A DNA stretch of 63,462 nucleotides, taken from IMG/VR virus record IMGVR_UViG_3300020048_000041; one strand, written 5' to 3'. Positions 52,445 to 62,094 of this stretch are shown here, in pieces. The translations under genes were made by a program, and so were the position numbers. Source of the stretch: an uncultured virus (IMG/VR IMGVR_UViG_3300020048_000041). Taxonomy: Duplodnaviria > Heunggongvirae > Uroviricota > Caudoviricetes. The stretch's first letter is position 1. The number at the start of each line of letters is the position of its first letter. The notes beneath the pieces are model-generated. The model saw nothing but the letters and a program-made list of their open reading frames with translations, searched no databases and had not been told where the DNA came from.

Positions 52445-52783
52445 TTAGTCCCATAAATTATAAAAATATTCCGCAAATAAGTCTATGCCGAATTTAATTT
52501 TTGCGTCTTTATCGTTATCACCTAAGTGCATTTGATGTGTAGGATATTCCTTAAACGAATATATCATAGCGTCAAGGGTATCGTTCCAACGCATTTTATT
52601 TTCGTCTTCGGTAAACTCAGTAGAATCAAACACACTAGGATAACCTGTGCTTTTTTCTTTATACCTAACTAACATAGGATGGATAATTTTACAAAGAGTG
52701 ATATCCATATCCCATATATCAGAATTATCTATAACGATAGATTCATTAGGCGGTGCAACGGTGTTATCAATTTTTATTTTCAT
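52445..52783 (-). CDS. conserved phage protein
   Basis: IDNSDIWDMD.TL.KII.PML...W...LD.MI.SF...LF..Y..LWD. Confidence 0.7.
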   Translation of the reverse strand: MKIKIDNTVAPPNESIVIDNSDIWDMDITLCKIIHPMLVRYKEKSTGYPSVFDSTEFTEDENKMRWNDTLDAMIYSFKEYPTHQMHLGDNDKDAKIKFGIDLFAEYFYNLWD

Positions 52784-52806
52784 TTTAATCCTATAGAATA
52801 ATAAGG

Positions 52807-52870
52807 CGCTTAACCTCAATTCACGCCCGACTAGGCTATTATACGTGTTTAGAAACATAAAGTAAAGTTT
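52807..52870 (-). promoter_or_regulatory. class-2 early promoter plus leader (copy 5)
   Basis: identical 34-bp core. Confidence 0.8.
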
Positions 52871-53105
52871 TATTTACAACCCAACTTTTGGGAAATAGTA
52901 TTTTCTCACCCAGTCAATAGTGCCTTGGTCGCATTGAAAATCCATTGGTTCGTTTTCTTTACCGTTACGATTTTTACACCATGTATCAATATTATAGTAC
53001 CAAAAGATAGTACGAGTTTCGGTAAAAGAATGAAGTCGTTCAATGACAGTAAGAACAGAGCCGGTTAATTTTATCTCTAACATTTTTATTCTCCACTATT
53101 TTTAG

Positions 53106-53256
53106 GAAACGCTTTCAGGACGGCACTGGGTTTTCGCCAGTAACTGTGGTCAGCAGTATGGTATCCCAACTAGTCCAGACCATAGGAACCACCCTACTCG
53201 CCAAACTATCGTTAAGCTGGAATCGGTCACCAGCAAAGCCGTCCTGAAAGCGTTTC
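53106..53256 (-). ncRNA. candidate structured RNA (multi-branch, 19-bp closing stem)
   Basis: perfect inverted repeat 53106-53124/53238-53256 enclosing four hairpins; GC-rich island with no ORF in the track. Confidence 0.65.
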
Positions 53257-53276
53257 GTTTAATTTAATTATGATTC

Positions 53277-53305
53277 ATTATACCTTAACTGTTATTAGAT
53301 GTCAA
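53277..53305 (-). promoter_or_regulatory. consensus sigma70 promoter
   Basis: TTGACA-17 nt-TATAAT. Confidence 0.9.
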
Positions 53306-54615
53306 TCACTTTATTAGAAATAATTGTTAAAGTGGTAATTACTTCTTGCCTTCGAGCTGCAGCTCGTCGTAACGTCCTAATTCAAATGTCCATGTAGCAT
53401 TACGATCATGTAACAAGTTAGCATATTTTGCCGGCATGAACATCATTAATGGGTGAACGATAACATTGTGAACAAATTCTTTAAGCCATTGTTTCATATT
53501 GTAGTCCTCTAATTGTTTAATAATTACTTCAGCATTTAATTTAGTCATTTCTCTCTCCTTTATTAAGTATGATTCATTATACCTTAGTGCTTACATTAAA
53601 GCAAGCACTTTTTTAAATTTATTCTTCTGATTTGATTAGAAGTTAAAGCGCGAACTAAATCTAAAAGTATTTCGTATTCTTCGGAAACTCCTTTAGAATC
53701 ATTAACTTGCTCAAAAATTGCTAACGCGTCTTCAAGTTTAGCAATTGCAGATTTAATACGGTTTTCGTCATAGTTTGTCATTTTTCTCTCCGGTTTATCA
53801 TTAAGGTTTAACTTCATTACGATCTATTATACTACTATTTTACCAAAAGTAAAGCTTTATTAACGACTGCCAAGTTGTAGGCTCGGTGCAATTTCGTCAG
53901 ATGTAAAGAAATCAAGGTTATCTGAACAAGTTGGACAGAATTCTGTTGGTAGTTGTAGGTCGTTAAATGTGACATAACTGCCGGAATAACCACAGTCAAC
54001 ATTTTCAGCCACTGTAACAACGGTTTCGGGCGGTAGAGTTTGTAGGTATTCAATCAGTTGGGCTACAGTCGTCATAATTATCTCCTTAAATTATTCCAGC
54101 AGGGTATTGTTCAACTCGGTAAATTTCCGCTTTGTTTTCATCAACAAACGAACGTAATTTGTCAAAAAACTTAGTCATTTTGTTTAATAAATCTTTTTCA
54201 TTTTTAGCGGTAAATTTTCTGAATGGTAATTTAACTGTATTCATCGCATAATATGAATCTTTTTCAGGATTAAGCGATAAGCCGCCTGCGATTAATTTTA
54301 CTGTAAATTGTTCATCGGTTCGTTTAATAGATAATACAGTATGCATAGGATCGTTTTCACGAATTTTATTAGCACACAATTCAGTTTTACCTATTAAACC
54401 CAAACGAATAAAATTATGATTATTACCCAACGAAGCGCTGTTTTCAGAAAAATAGCCATTAGGGAATTTGTTTAAGAATAATTGTTCAATTGTCATTTTC
54501 ATCTCCGGTTTATCATTAAGGTTTAACTTCATTAAGATCTATTATACTCCCTTTTTTCCAAAAGTAAAGCTTTTTTTTACTAAATAGTAAATAAATTAAA
54601 AAAAGGATATACTAC

Positions 54616-54903
54616 ATGGACGACATCACAAGTTTGTTAGGTATAATTTCGAAAGTTGGATTTCCTATAGTATCTTGCGCCGCCGCCGGTTATTTTGTAT
54701 TCTTAACCATAAAATTTATTTTGAACACAATATTACTTGCTATTGAGGAATGTAATACTATAATAGAAAAGCTCGACAAAAGAGTTGGATATATGACAAA
54801 TGATATGATAAAATTAGATATTTTAATATCAGCTGCTTTGAAAGTAAGACCAGACATAGAACGCATATCTAGATCCGAAGCAGCGGATACTAGAAAGGAC
54901 TAA
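54616..54903 (+). CDS. membrane protein, YvrJ/holin-like (paralogue 1)
   Basis: VGFPIV TM segment plus coiled coil; TAAATA boxes upstream. Confidence 0.55.
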   Translation: MDDITSLLGIISKVGFPIVSCAAAGYFVFLTIKFILNTILLAIEECNTIIEKLDKRVGYMTNDMIKLDILISAALKVRPDIERISRSEAADTRKD

Positions 54904-54904
54904 C

Positions 54905-55174
54905 ATGGATATCAATATCGTGATTAAAGCCATAGATAGTTATGGATTTCCCATAGTAGAAACTATTGGAATCGCATATATTCTATATTATGTTTGGGTG
55001 TGGACAACAACTATTATTGAGCCTATTATCGCAGAATTGAACGAATCTCTTGTCGAATTAATTGACAGAATCAGAGTATTAGACAATGATATGATAAGGC
55101 TACACCAAAAGGTTAACGTCATACTAGAGTTAAAAGAAAAGAACGAATTTAATAATCAATCCGATAAGGAATAA
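54905..55174 (+). CDS. membrane protein, YvrJ/holin-like (paralogue 2)
   Basis: YGFPIV TM segment; DRIRVLDNDMIRL parallels DKRVGYMTNDMIKL. Confidence 0.55.
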   Translation: MDINIVIKAIDSYGFPIVETIGIAYILYYVWVWTTTIIEPIIAELNESLVELIDRIRVLDNDMIRLHQKVNVILELKEKNEFNNQSDKE

Positions 55175-55176
55175 AA

Positions 55177-56364
55177 ATGACAAACACCGTATATCGTGTG
55201 TACAGTGAAAAATTAGGTGGAAGCACTGCTTCTACTTTCATAGGCAATACAGGTGATTTATTTTACGATCCTGCAACCGGCGCTTTAAGATTATCTGACG
55301 GCACATCGCAGGGTGGAACAGATCCTTCTGGGATACCGGTAACGCCTAACGACTATCCTGTAACAAACAACTTTTATGTTGATTCAAAACGAACAGATAC
55401 ATATACAGCTACAGGTTCAATCATTAAGCCGTTTTTGACTATAGCCGCCGCGCAAGCCGCTATAGAAGCTAGAATAGCGGCTGGGACGCTGTTATCAGGT
55501 GAAGTTAACCCTATTTTTATTGTGATTCAAAGTTCTATTACAGAAAATGTCACCTTAACTCGTGGACACGTATTCCTAATTGGTAACCAAGGCAGTATCC
55601 ATACTCCAATTTACTTATCTGGCACAGTAACGATTAACGGCTCTAACGCAACAACTTCTGCGTTAGATGCTAATCATTTTGCCATAGTTGGGTTAGCTAT
55701 TGTTGCTGCATCGCAAAAAGCCGCTATCTATTTCACAGGTGCTAATGCGCAACGTTTAATGGTTAAAGATTTATGGTTAACTGCTTCTGGTAATCAAACC
55801 GGCACAACCCCTTTAACTGATGCTGGTGGTTATGGTATTTTAGCCGATAACACCGGCGTTCGCGCAAGCGATGGCAAATTATCAGTTATCCATGGTTCAG
55901 ACGTTAAAGTATCTCATACTGGAACTGGTGACGTTTACTGTTTCAAAATCTCAAAGGGAACTGCGGATTTTACTAACGTAGAAACAAGTGGAGCAACTCA
56001 AGTTGGTGCTGTATCTTCTGGTGCATCATTAGCCTTTGCTAATTCTGAATTGAACGCAAATGGCGACGTTTGTGTAGAAGCTTATGGTACAGGAACACTT
56101 ACAGTAACAAATAGTTCTATAACAAATTCAGCGGCTAACTCTAATGGTATCAGGTTGAACCAAACCGGCTCAACTGCTATTATAGGTAACGTGGCATTCC
56201 AAATCCCTACTGGAACTGGTAGAGCTGTTTATGGTGTAGCTGGTTCAGTTTTACTTTACGGTTCTTTGAACTTTATTCCGTTTACAAGTGGAGCCGCATC
56301 TAACAAAGTTGTTTCAACCGCTGTCACTGCATTACCTATCCCTAGCACATTTACAACAGGCTAA
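55177..56364 (+). CDS. virion fibre/spike-like protein, probable beta-helix
   Basis: GDLFYD...LRLSDG..GG N-terminal anchor; G/T/S/A-rich; GSI.KPFLTI.AA. Confidence 0.65.
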   Translation: MTNTVYRVYSEKLGGSTASTFIGNTGDLFYDPATGALRLSDGTSQGGTDPSGIPVTPNDYPVTNNFYVDSKRTDTYTATGSIIKPFLTIAAAQAAIEARIAAGTLLSGEVNPIFIVIQSSITENVTLTRGHVFLIGNQGSIHTPIYLSGTVTINGSNATTSALDANHFAIVGLAIVAASQKAAIYFTGANAQRLMVKDLWLTASGNQTGTTPLTDAGGYGILADNTGVRASDGKLSVIHGSDVKVSHTGTGDVYCFKISKGTADFTNVETSGATQVGAVSSGASLAFANSELNANGDVCVEAYGTGTLTVTNSSITNSAANSNGIRLNQTGSTAIIGNVAFQIPTGTGRAVYGVAGSVLLYGSLNFIPFTSGAASNKVVSTAVTALPIPSTFTTG

Positions 56365-56378
56365 TTCGTAGGTGTAAA

Positions 56379-56410
56379 AATGCCCGATTCCGGTTAAGGT
56401 TTCGGGCATT
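56379..56410. terminator. hairpin between convergent genes
   Basis: AATGCCCGA...TCGGGCATT. Confidence 0.7.
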
Positions 56411-56413
56411 ATT

Positions 56414-56677
56414 TTATCTTTTCTTGCGCTTTATGTTAGACCACTTTTCAAGTTTTTCAAACTTTTTTTCAGAACATTTTAACACTTCCTCTAAATCTAT
56501 TAAATCATTTTCCTCTAATAGATATATCATCGCCAATAAATCTCCGAGTTCTTCTGTTAACCTCGTTGAGTTTTTAACGCCTTTATACTCATCATCATAT
56601 CCAAACCGTAAAATCTTAGATACAGCTTGGATAACCTCGCCGCATTCTTCTTGTAAAATATAATATAATTCATTCAT
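56414..56677 (-). CDS. MazG-like NTP pyrophosphohydrolase
   Basis: LQEECGEVIQAVSKILRFG...LTEELGDL. Confidence 0.8.
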   Translation of the reverse strand: MNELYYILQEECGEVIQAVSKILRFGYDDEYKGVKNSTRLTEELGDLLAMIYLLEENDLIDLEEVLKCSEKKFEKLEKWSNIKRKKR

Positions 56678-59283
56678 CAGAAAAAATCCTCAAGTGTCGC
56701 TTTTTCTTCAGCCGTCCAACCTAACGGCGCAATTAAAATATCCATTAAATTCGTATACGATTTAGTGAACATCGTATTTTTATCAATATATTTGTGTAGA
56801 CCTAGCTCTGGCGGTAATACGTTATTAAACCCAATGACGTTTTCTTTAATAGGATTTTTCTTATCAAGATACAAATATTTGATTTTATTACCATCTGATA
56901 TCAACTCATACTGCTTATCTAGCTTTTTTTGTTTAACATAGAAATTGTATAATAGCGCCGCCCTTACACCAATTGGAGTACCAGATAAGTAAACAGAAGA
57001 ATCTCCGGCATACTTTTTACACCCATTAACCCCAGTCGGAATAGCAATTTCTTCAGCTGTAAATGAATTATACCGGTCTTTAAATTTAGACACATGTTTT
57101 TGTAAATCAGATTCTTTACCATACAATACGATATCTAACGAATCGCGTAACGACTCTTTAACTTTTATTGGTGTAGACGATTTAACCAACTCCAACCCAA
57201 TGACTTTTTTCTTAGGTTTAGCGTATCTAACACCCTCTGAATCCCACACAGAAAGTACATATTTTTTCTTACCATGCCAAATACCAACATCAGCCAATAC
57301 TTCTCGCTTCATAGACATTTTATTTTCATATGCGTAGGTATAAGCCGCAAGATTATCATAACATTCTGTAATGGTAGGCTGTATAATATTTTTACAGAAC
57401 ATATCCATAAAGTTAATAATATCTTCAGTCGGTTTATCTTTCACGGGAGAATTTTGTACAACGTCATCTAACGCAACATAAATAGAATCTGTATCACTGT
57501 ACAAAATGTAATCAACGCCCGTAGTACCTAAAACTTGATTAATTTTTTTAGATACATGTTTACCTACCCACAACACCGCCAGTTTACCAGACATCGTAAT
57601 CGCTTCAGCTAATTTAATATCGAAGAACAAGAAGTTGGCTTCACCAAACGCACCATAACCTGAGTTCAAGATACCAATTTTATACGCCTGCTCCATAGTA
57701 GATAAAATGGCGATACGTTTACCCATTTCTTTATCTTTAGTCAGCTCATACTGTTGCTCTAACTGAAGCATTTCCTTTTTAGCCGTATTTCTTTCATTAT
57801 AGTATAATTCCATAATAGCAGGAATGAACCCCTGTGTATCACGTTTAAAACACCAACCAGAACCAGAAATAGCCAACCCGTTATTAGGTAAAGGTTTCTC
57901 GTCAACAAAGTATTCTGTATCAAAGTCAAGGAATACACCAGTTAACATTTCAGGACTGATGTTATACTGCTGAATCAAATGAGGATACAGAGATGCTAAG
58001 TCGAATGACGCAACGCATTTATGTTTACCTATTTTTGGCTCTTTAACATACGCGCCGCGAAACTGTTCTTTTTTAGATGAACGTTTATGTAAAGGAATAG
58101 CAATATTTTTATCAGCAAGATAATTATATGATAACGACTCCCAAATGCCTACTGGCGAGAATACATCTTCATAATTAATTTTAGCCGCGTATGCAATACC
58201 AATTTGAAGACGAACCATATTTTTTTCATCTTCAAGCTGAGTAATCAACTCTGTATCGATTACGTTATAGTCTACAAACTTATTCCATGATAACTGCTTA
58301 ATTACACTGCCCAGTCTATTATAATCAGCACTATTTTCTGGCAACAACGATTGTTCATAGGCTAACTTTTGAATATCATTACCGTCTTTATCAGGAATAG
58401 GAATACCAAGATAAAAATGTTTAAACCCATCAAACTCGTTATGTTCAAGTTTAGCGTGACCCAATACTTCCTGCGTGATAAAATCTAACCTGTAAGACTC
58501 ATACTTAGTCTGAGCATACTTTTTAAACAAATCCATATAATCTAAATTTGCGATACCATACAATCTGATGGTGATATTTTTATCTTCACCCTCTTTAAGA
58601 AAAGCCTTACCTGATGGACTTTTGGGTGGCGCTCCTTTAACTATACTGAATGGTGATAGTTTATTAGCATAATCTTTGCCGATAACCTTTACCATTCTAT
58701 TATACAGATATGGAATATCGAAATAGTTTGAATTCCAACCGGTAATAATATCAGGATAGTCATTTTTCCAAAAGTCAACGACTGCGCGAAGTAGCGCCTT
58801 TTCACTATCAAAATGATGATAATTAGTCAAATCGGACGTGTAGTTATTACAGCCAAATGTATGTTTGGTTTTTGTGTTAAAGTCAATCAATGTGACAAGT
58901 AATACTTCTTCAACCGGATTTTTATAATCAGGAAAAGAATTTTCTACAGAAGTTTCTATGTCAATGGCTAATACCCTAATATCATCCATATCAAAATCAA
59001 TCTTTCCTGGGAACTCTGAACGGATAAACTGATTTGTGTAATTAGTGTACCCATGTACACTAAAGCCGCTGACATGTTTATAATCATCTATAAATTTATC
59101 TGTATCTTTCATCGTTCCTGGCTGGATAGGATAAACAGATTCACCTGTCAATAAGGTTTTAAACTCAGATGACTTATCTTTAGATGCGCTGACGTAAAGA
59201 GTAGGCTTAAAATCAACAACATCTGTGCCACTTGTGGATACACAATAAATTTTATCGCCATATTTAAAAACGTTTTTATACAT
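56677..59283 (-). CDS. 43: family B DNA polymerase gp43
   Basis: DIET (ExoI), GWNS.YFDIPY, SFDLASLYP, NSGYG, YSDTDS, KKKY. Confidence 0.98.
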   Translation of the reverse strand: MYKNVFKYGDKIYCVSTSGTDVVDFKPTLYVSASKDKSSEFKTLLTGESVYPIQPGTMKDTDKFIDDYKHVSGFSVHGYTNYTNQFIRSEFPGKIDFDMDDIRVLAIDIETSVENSFPDYKNPVEEVLLVTLIDFNTKTKHTFGCNNYTSDLTNYHHFDSEKALLRAVVDFWKNDYPDIITGWNSNYFDIPYLYNRMVKVIGKDYANKLSPFSIVKGAPPKSPSGKAFLKEGEDKNITIRLYGIANLDYMDLFKKYAQTKYESYRLDFITQEVLGHAKLEHNEFDGFKHFYLGIPIPDKDGNDIQKLAYEQSLLPENSADYNRLGSVIKQLSWNKFVDYNVIDTELITQLEDEKNMVRLQIGIAYAAKINYEDVFSPVGIWESLSYNYLADKNIAIPLHKRSSKKEQFRGAYVKEPKIGKHKCVASFDLASLYPHLIQQYNISPEMLTGVFLDFDTEYFVDEKPLPNNGLAISGSGWCFKRDTQGFIPAIMELYYNERNTAKKEMLQLEQQYELTKDKEMGKRIAILSTMEQAYKIGILNSGYGAFGEANFLFFDIKLAEAITMSGKLAVLWVGKHVSKKINQVLGTTGVDYILYSDTDSIYVALDDVVQNSPVKDKPTEDIINFMDMFCKNIIQPTITECYDNLAAYTYAYENKMSMKREVLADVGIWHGKKKYVLSVWDSEGVRYAKPKKKVIGLELVKSSTPIKVKESLRDSLDIVLYGKESDLQKHVSKFKDRYNSFTAEEIAIPTGVNGCKKYAGDSSVYLSGTPIGVRAALLYNFYVKQKKLDKQYELISDGNKIKYLYLDKKNPIKENVIGFNNVLPPELGLHKYIDKNTMFTKSYTNLMDILIAPLGWTAEEKATLEDFF

Positions 59284-59337
59284 CAAAACTCCTTACCAAA
59301 AAGACTAATTATACTTTGTTTGTTGCCTAAAGTAAAC

Positions 59338-59904
59338 CTACACACCATGAACTATCATCATAGCATCTAAGGCACAGTCTGCTGTAGGGTGATGCTTTAA
59401 TACATTATCTCTATTGAATCCTTCAAATTTGACTTCACAATATCCATTTTTGGAAGTAGAATGTAATAAATCAACGGCGGTTCTAACGTCACGATACATG
59501 TTGTATGCGGTAATCCTTTCAACGCCTACCGCCTTACATAAACTGTCAAAAACCATTTGGTCTAACGAACCTCTAATGAATACCTGTTCTTTTTCTGGAT
59601 TAGGCGTTTTGCTTTTCATCCAATCTTTAATGATTTGAATACCGGTAAGCGCCGATACATCATTTTTATGTGGGTATATGCTAAACTCTTTTGCTTGTTC
59701 GCATTGTTTAGACCACCATTCCATAGTATCTTTAGATGATGTTCTACCATATTTTTGGATTTGTTCTTTAGCGTCAAATTTGACAAACACCCCATTTTGA
59801 ATCATACTTTCGTAAGACGCATCAATGTCAACATAAACCATACCGGCGGATAATACCACCGCAGTAGATTCGGTGTCAGTTGTCTCTATATCAAAAACAA
59901 ACAT
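59338..59904 (-). CDS. dexA: DexA-like DEDDh 3'-5' exonuclease
   Basis: FDIET, T.EWW.KQ, RDVRT, HHP..DC.LD. Confidence 0.8.
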   Translation of the reverse strand: MFVFDIETTDTESTAVVLSAGMVYVDIDASYESMIQNGVFVKFDAKEQIQKYGRTSSKDTMEWWSKQCEQAKEFSIYPHKNDVSALTGIQIIKDWMKSKTPNPEKEQVFIRGSLDQMVFDSLCKAVGVERITAYNMYRDVRTAVDLLHSTSKNGYCEVKFEGFNRDNVLKHHPTADCALDAMMIVHGV

Positions 59905-59912
59905 AATATTCC

Positions 59913-60131
59913 TTATTTGTAAATAAATTTCTGGGGACGAGTTTCATAGGTATTTTCTGGAGAAATAGAGGTCTTAAACTTTTGAACAAAAAGACGTTTG
60001 GTTTTAAATCCAGTTATCCATTTTCCATCTACTAAGGTTGGAGAAAACTCGAACCAGTGCCATTTATGGTCAGTATCTTTGCATAAATACCGCGCCCAGT
60101 TTGGGGCATCTTCCCATTTAGGCTTGCTCAT
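59913..60131 (-). CDS. hypothetical protein (paralogue of 10929-11141)
   Basis: KPKWEDAPNWARYL. Confidence 0.65.
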   Translation of the reverse strand: MSKPKWEDAPNWARYLCKDTDHKWHWFEFSPTLVDGKWITGFKTKRLFVQKFKTSISPENTYETRPQKFIYK

Positions 60132-60510
60132 TAAGGTAATCCGCTACACATTCTAATGAATAAAATACAGAACCTAGATTTAGTTTAACCATATCAGCAG
60201 TTGCATAAAGCGAATGGAGCATTTGTGGGTCGAATAATTCAGTATCTTCTAACAAAATTGCGAATATGGTTTTCCATGGGCGCTTATTAGAATCATCAAT
60301 GACTTCAGCTATAGAGTAAACGCCTTTAATTTCCGGTGTAATAACGTATAGTACAAAGTCACACTCATTTCGTTGAGTTAACTCCTCAAGTCGAGCTTCT
60401 TCGTTCCAGTCATCAACAACAGGATTAAAATACTCGATATCAAGCATAGGAATTAATTTATCTCTCCAAGTTGAACCGTTACACGTACCGCCTAAAAATA
60501 CTCTTTTCAT
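60118..60510 (-). CDS. nucleoside 2-deoxyribosyltransferase-like protein
   Basis: VFLGGTC..STWRD.LI...YFNPVV.DW...CD..LYVIT...GVYSIAE. Confidence 0.75.
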   Translation of the reverse strand: MKRVFLGGTCNGSTWRDKLIPMLDIEYFNPVVDDWNEEARLEELTQRNECDFVLYVITPEIKGVYSIAEVIDDSNKRPWKTIFAILLEDTELFDPQMLHSLYATADMVKLNLGSVFYSLECVADYLNEQA

Positions 60511-60603
60511 TGACCATCATCCCAAATAAAATAAACAAACACCCATGAAACAAATAACGAAAATAATATTACAACTTCTGAATCAGTAACTTCGTTCATA
60601 ATG

Positions 60604-60732
60604 TCACCAGCGAGAGTAATGGTGATGATGATGTGGGACGTAATAATAGCCGCGATAATGATGTGGATATGGTGCGTATGTGGCGCAACCGGTTAATAAT
60701 AGCGCTATCATAAATAAGATATATGTTTTCAT
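60604..60732 (-). CDS. 42-aa His/Tyr-rich lipoprotein (not in ORF track)
   Basis: MKTYILFMIALLLTG|CATYAPYPHHYRGYYYVPHHHHHYSRW; lipobox LTGC. Confidence 0.65.
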   Translation of the reverse strand: MKTYILFMIALLLTGCATYAPYPHHYRGYYYVPHHHHHYSRW

Positions 60733-61443
60733 TAGAATAGTTCCTCGTATTGTTTGATTACAAATAGATAATATGGAAATGATATTAAAATTCCAGCATT
60801 ACAATCTAACGGATTATAAAACCTTTCAACAATATTATATATTGGGTTTCCTGTTTCATCGTCGCTTTGAATGACAGTAGAGTATTCCGCTTCATAATAA
60901 GATACGTCATCAAAGGTATCGCCGTTTTTGTTATATTTGAAAATTTCAGGCTTATTTCTCATCATATAACGATAATCGTCTTCATCATATATCGGAATCC
61001 ATTCTACTTCAGTAGCGTTAATCCTAGCTTTATAAGGATAATTCCCGCCTAACGTTATCCCTTTATGGTTACCATTATCATGATAGACGTATAAATTGAA
61101 TGGGAGTTGCATATTATGCTCCAAATTGTACGGTATAACCTAAAACTTTCAGCGCCGCCTTTGCTTTACGTTTTGCTTCAGTTTTAGTGTTACCATTGAA
61201 GTATAACTTTTCCATAGAGTAATATCCTTCAATTGGAACATACACTTTAGCAGTAAAAAGTTTTCCAAGAATTCTTGAACGGGTTTCAATAATTTCAGCG
61301 GTTACAGTAGACATTTTATACACTCCAATTAATTTAAGGGATAACTTCATTAAGATCTATTATACTCTATTTTTCGCAAAAGTAAAGCTTTATTTTTAAG
61401 TATTTTCAAACGTGAAAAAGCCGACATATAGCCGGCTTAATTA

Positions 61444-62094
61444 CTAGTTGCGAACCAAAATTACATTATGCGTATCGCTTTTATCACCCCGATAAATGAA
61501 TCCGTTAGAAAAGAATACAGAACGATCGTCATCAGTTCCATCACAAGCCCAAAATTCTCCATCAAGGTTCAATTTCTTCAATTCTGTTGTCGTAGGTAAG
61601 CGCCACCCATTATGGCAATGCTCTTTAGCGTATTCAACTGCACCCCACCAATTTTCTTGAATAATTTTTGGAGTTTGTGAAGTAGATTTCCCAATAGTTT
61701 CCAAATGGTTATTCATAAATTCTATTAAAGCAAGTTCTTCAATGATTAGCTGTTCATTATAAGCAAAATCAATTTTAGCATAAATAACACAGCATGCCCA
61801 AGTAGGCGCTTCGTTATTTACAATGTTTTTAAACATGGCATCTTCAATGCAGTAAAAACTAAAATTTTCTAAACATTCTCTGCGCGGTTGGCTACGCATA
61901 CGATTTACCGCAATCCGTTTACCTACTTTTTTACTATACACATCAACCTTAGAAGAAAAGGCTACACCAAATGTCACAACAGGTATTTTTGAGCCGTTAG
62001 CGCCTGTCATATAATCTGTTTCGTACGCAATAGTGATAACATTAGTTCTTGCTAAACTGGTATCACCTAAAAAATAATATTTCACATTGCTCAT
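61444..62094 (-). CDS. fusion protein with C-terminal DUF1566-like domain (paralogue 3)
   Basis: D.YSKK.GKRIA N-domain; GWRLPT..EL...FW...VILVR. Confidence 0.6.
   Translation of the reverse strand: MSNVKYYFLGDTSLARTNVITIAYETDYMTGANGSKIPVVTFGVAFSSKVDVYSKKVGKRIAVNRMRSQPRRECLENFSFYCIEDAMFKNIVNNEAPTWACCVIYAKIDFAYNEQLIIEELALIEFMNNHLETIGKSTSQTPKIIQENWWGAVEYAKEHCHNGWRLPTTTELKKLNLDGEFWACDGTDDDRSVFFSNGFIYRGDKSDTHNVILVRN

Noticed and set aside
53106..53256. tRNA or retron msr-msd
   Set aside because: No T-loop GTTCRA or cloverleaf dimensions, no long msd hairpin, and no reverse transcriptase in the window.
4426..61052. Short antisense or nested ORFs in the track (e.g. 4426, 10036, 10261, 18634, 21666, 27328, 28966, 39512, 48237, 56424)
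   Set aside because: They are shadows of well-supported genes on the other strand or frame, with no recognisable motifs.
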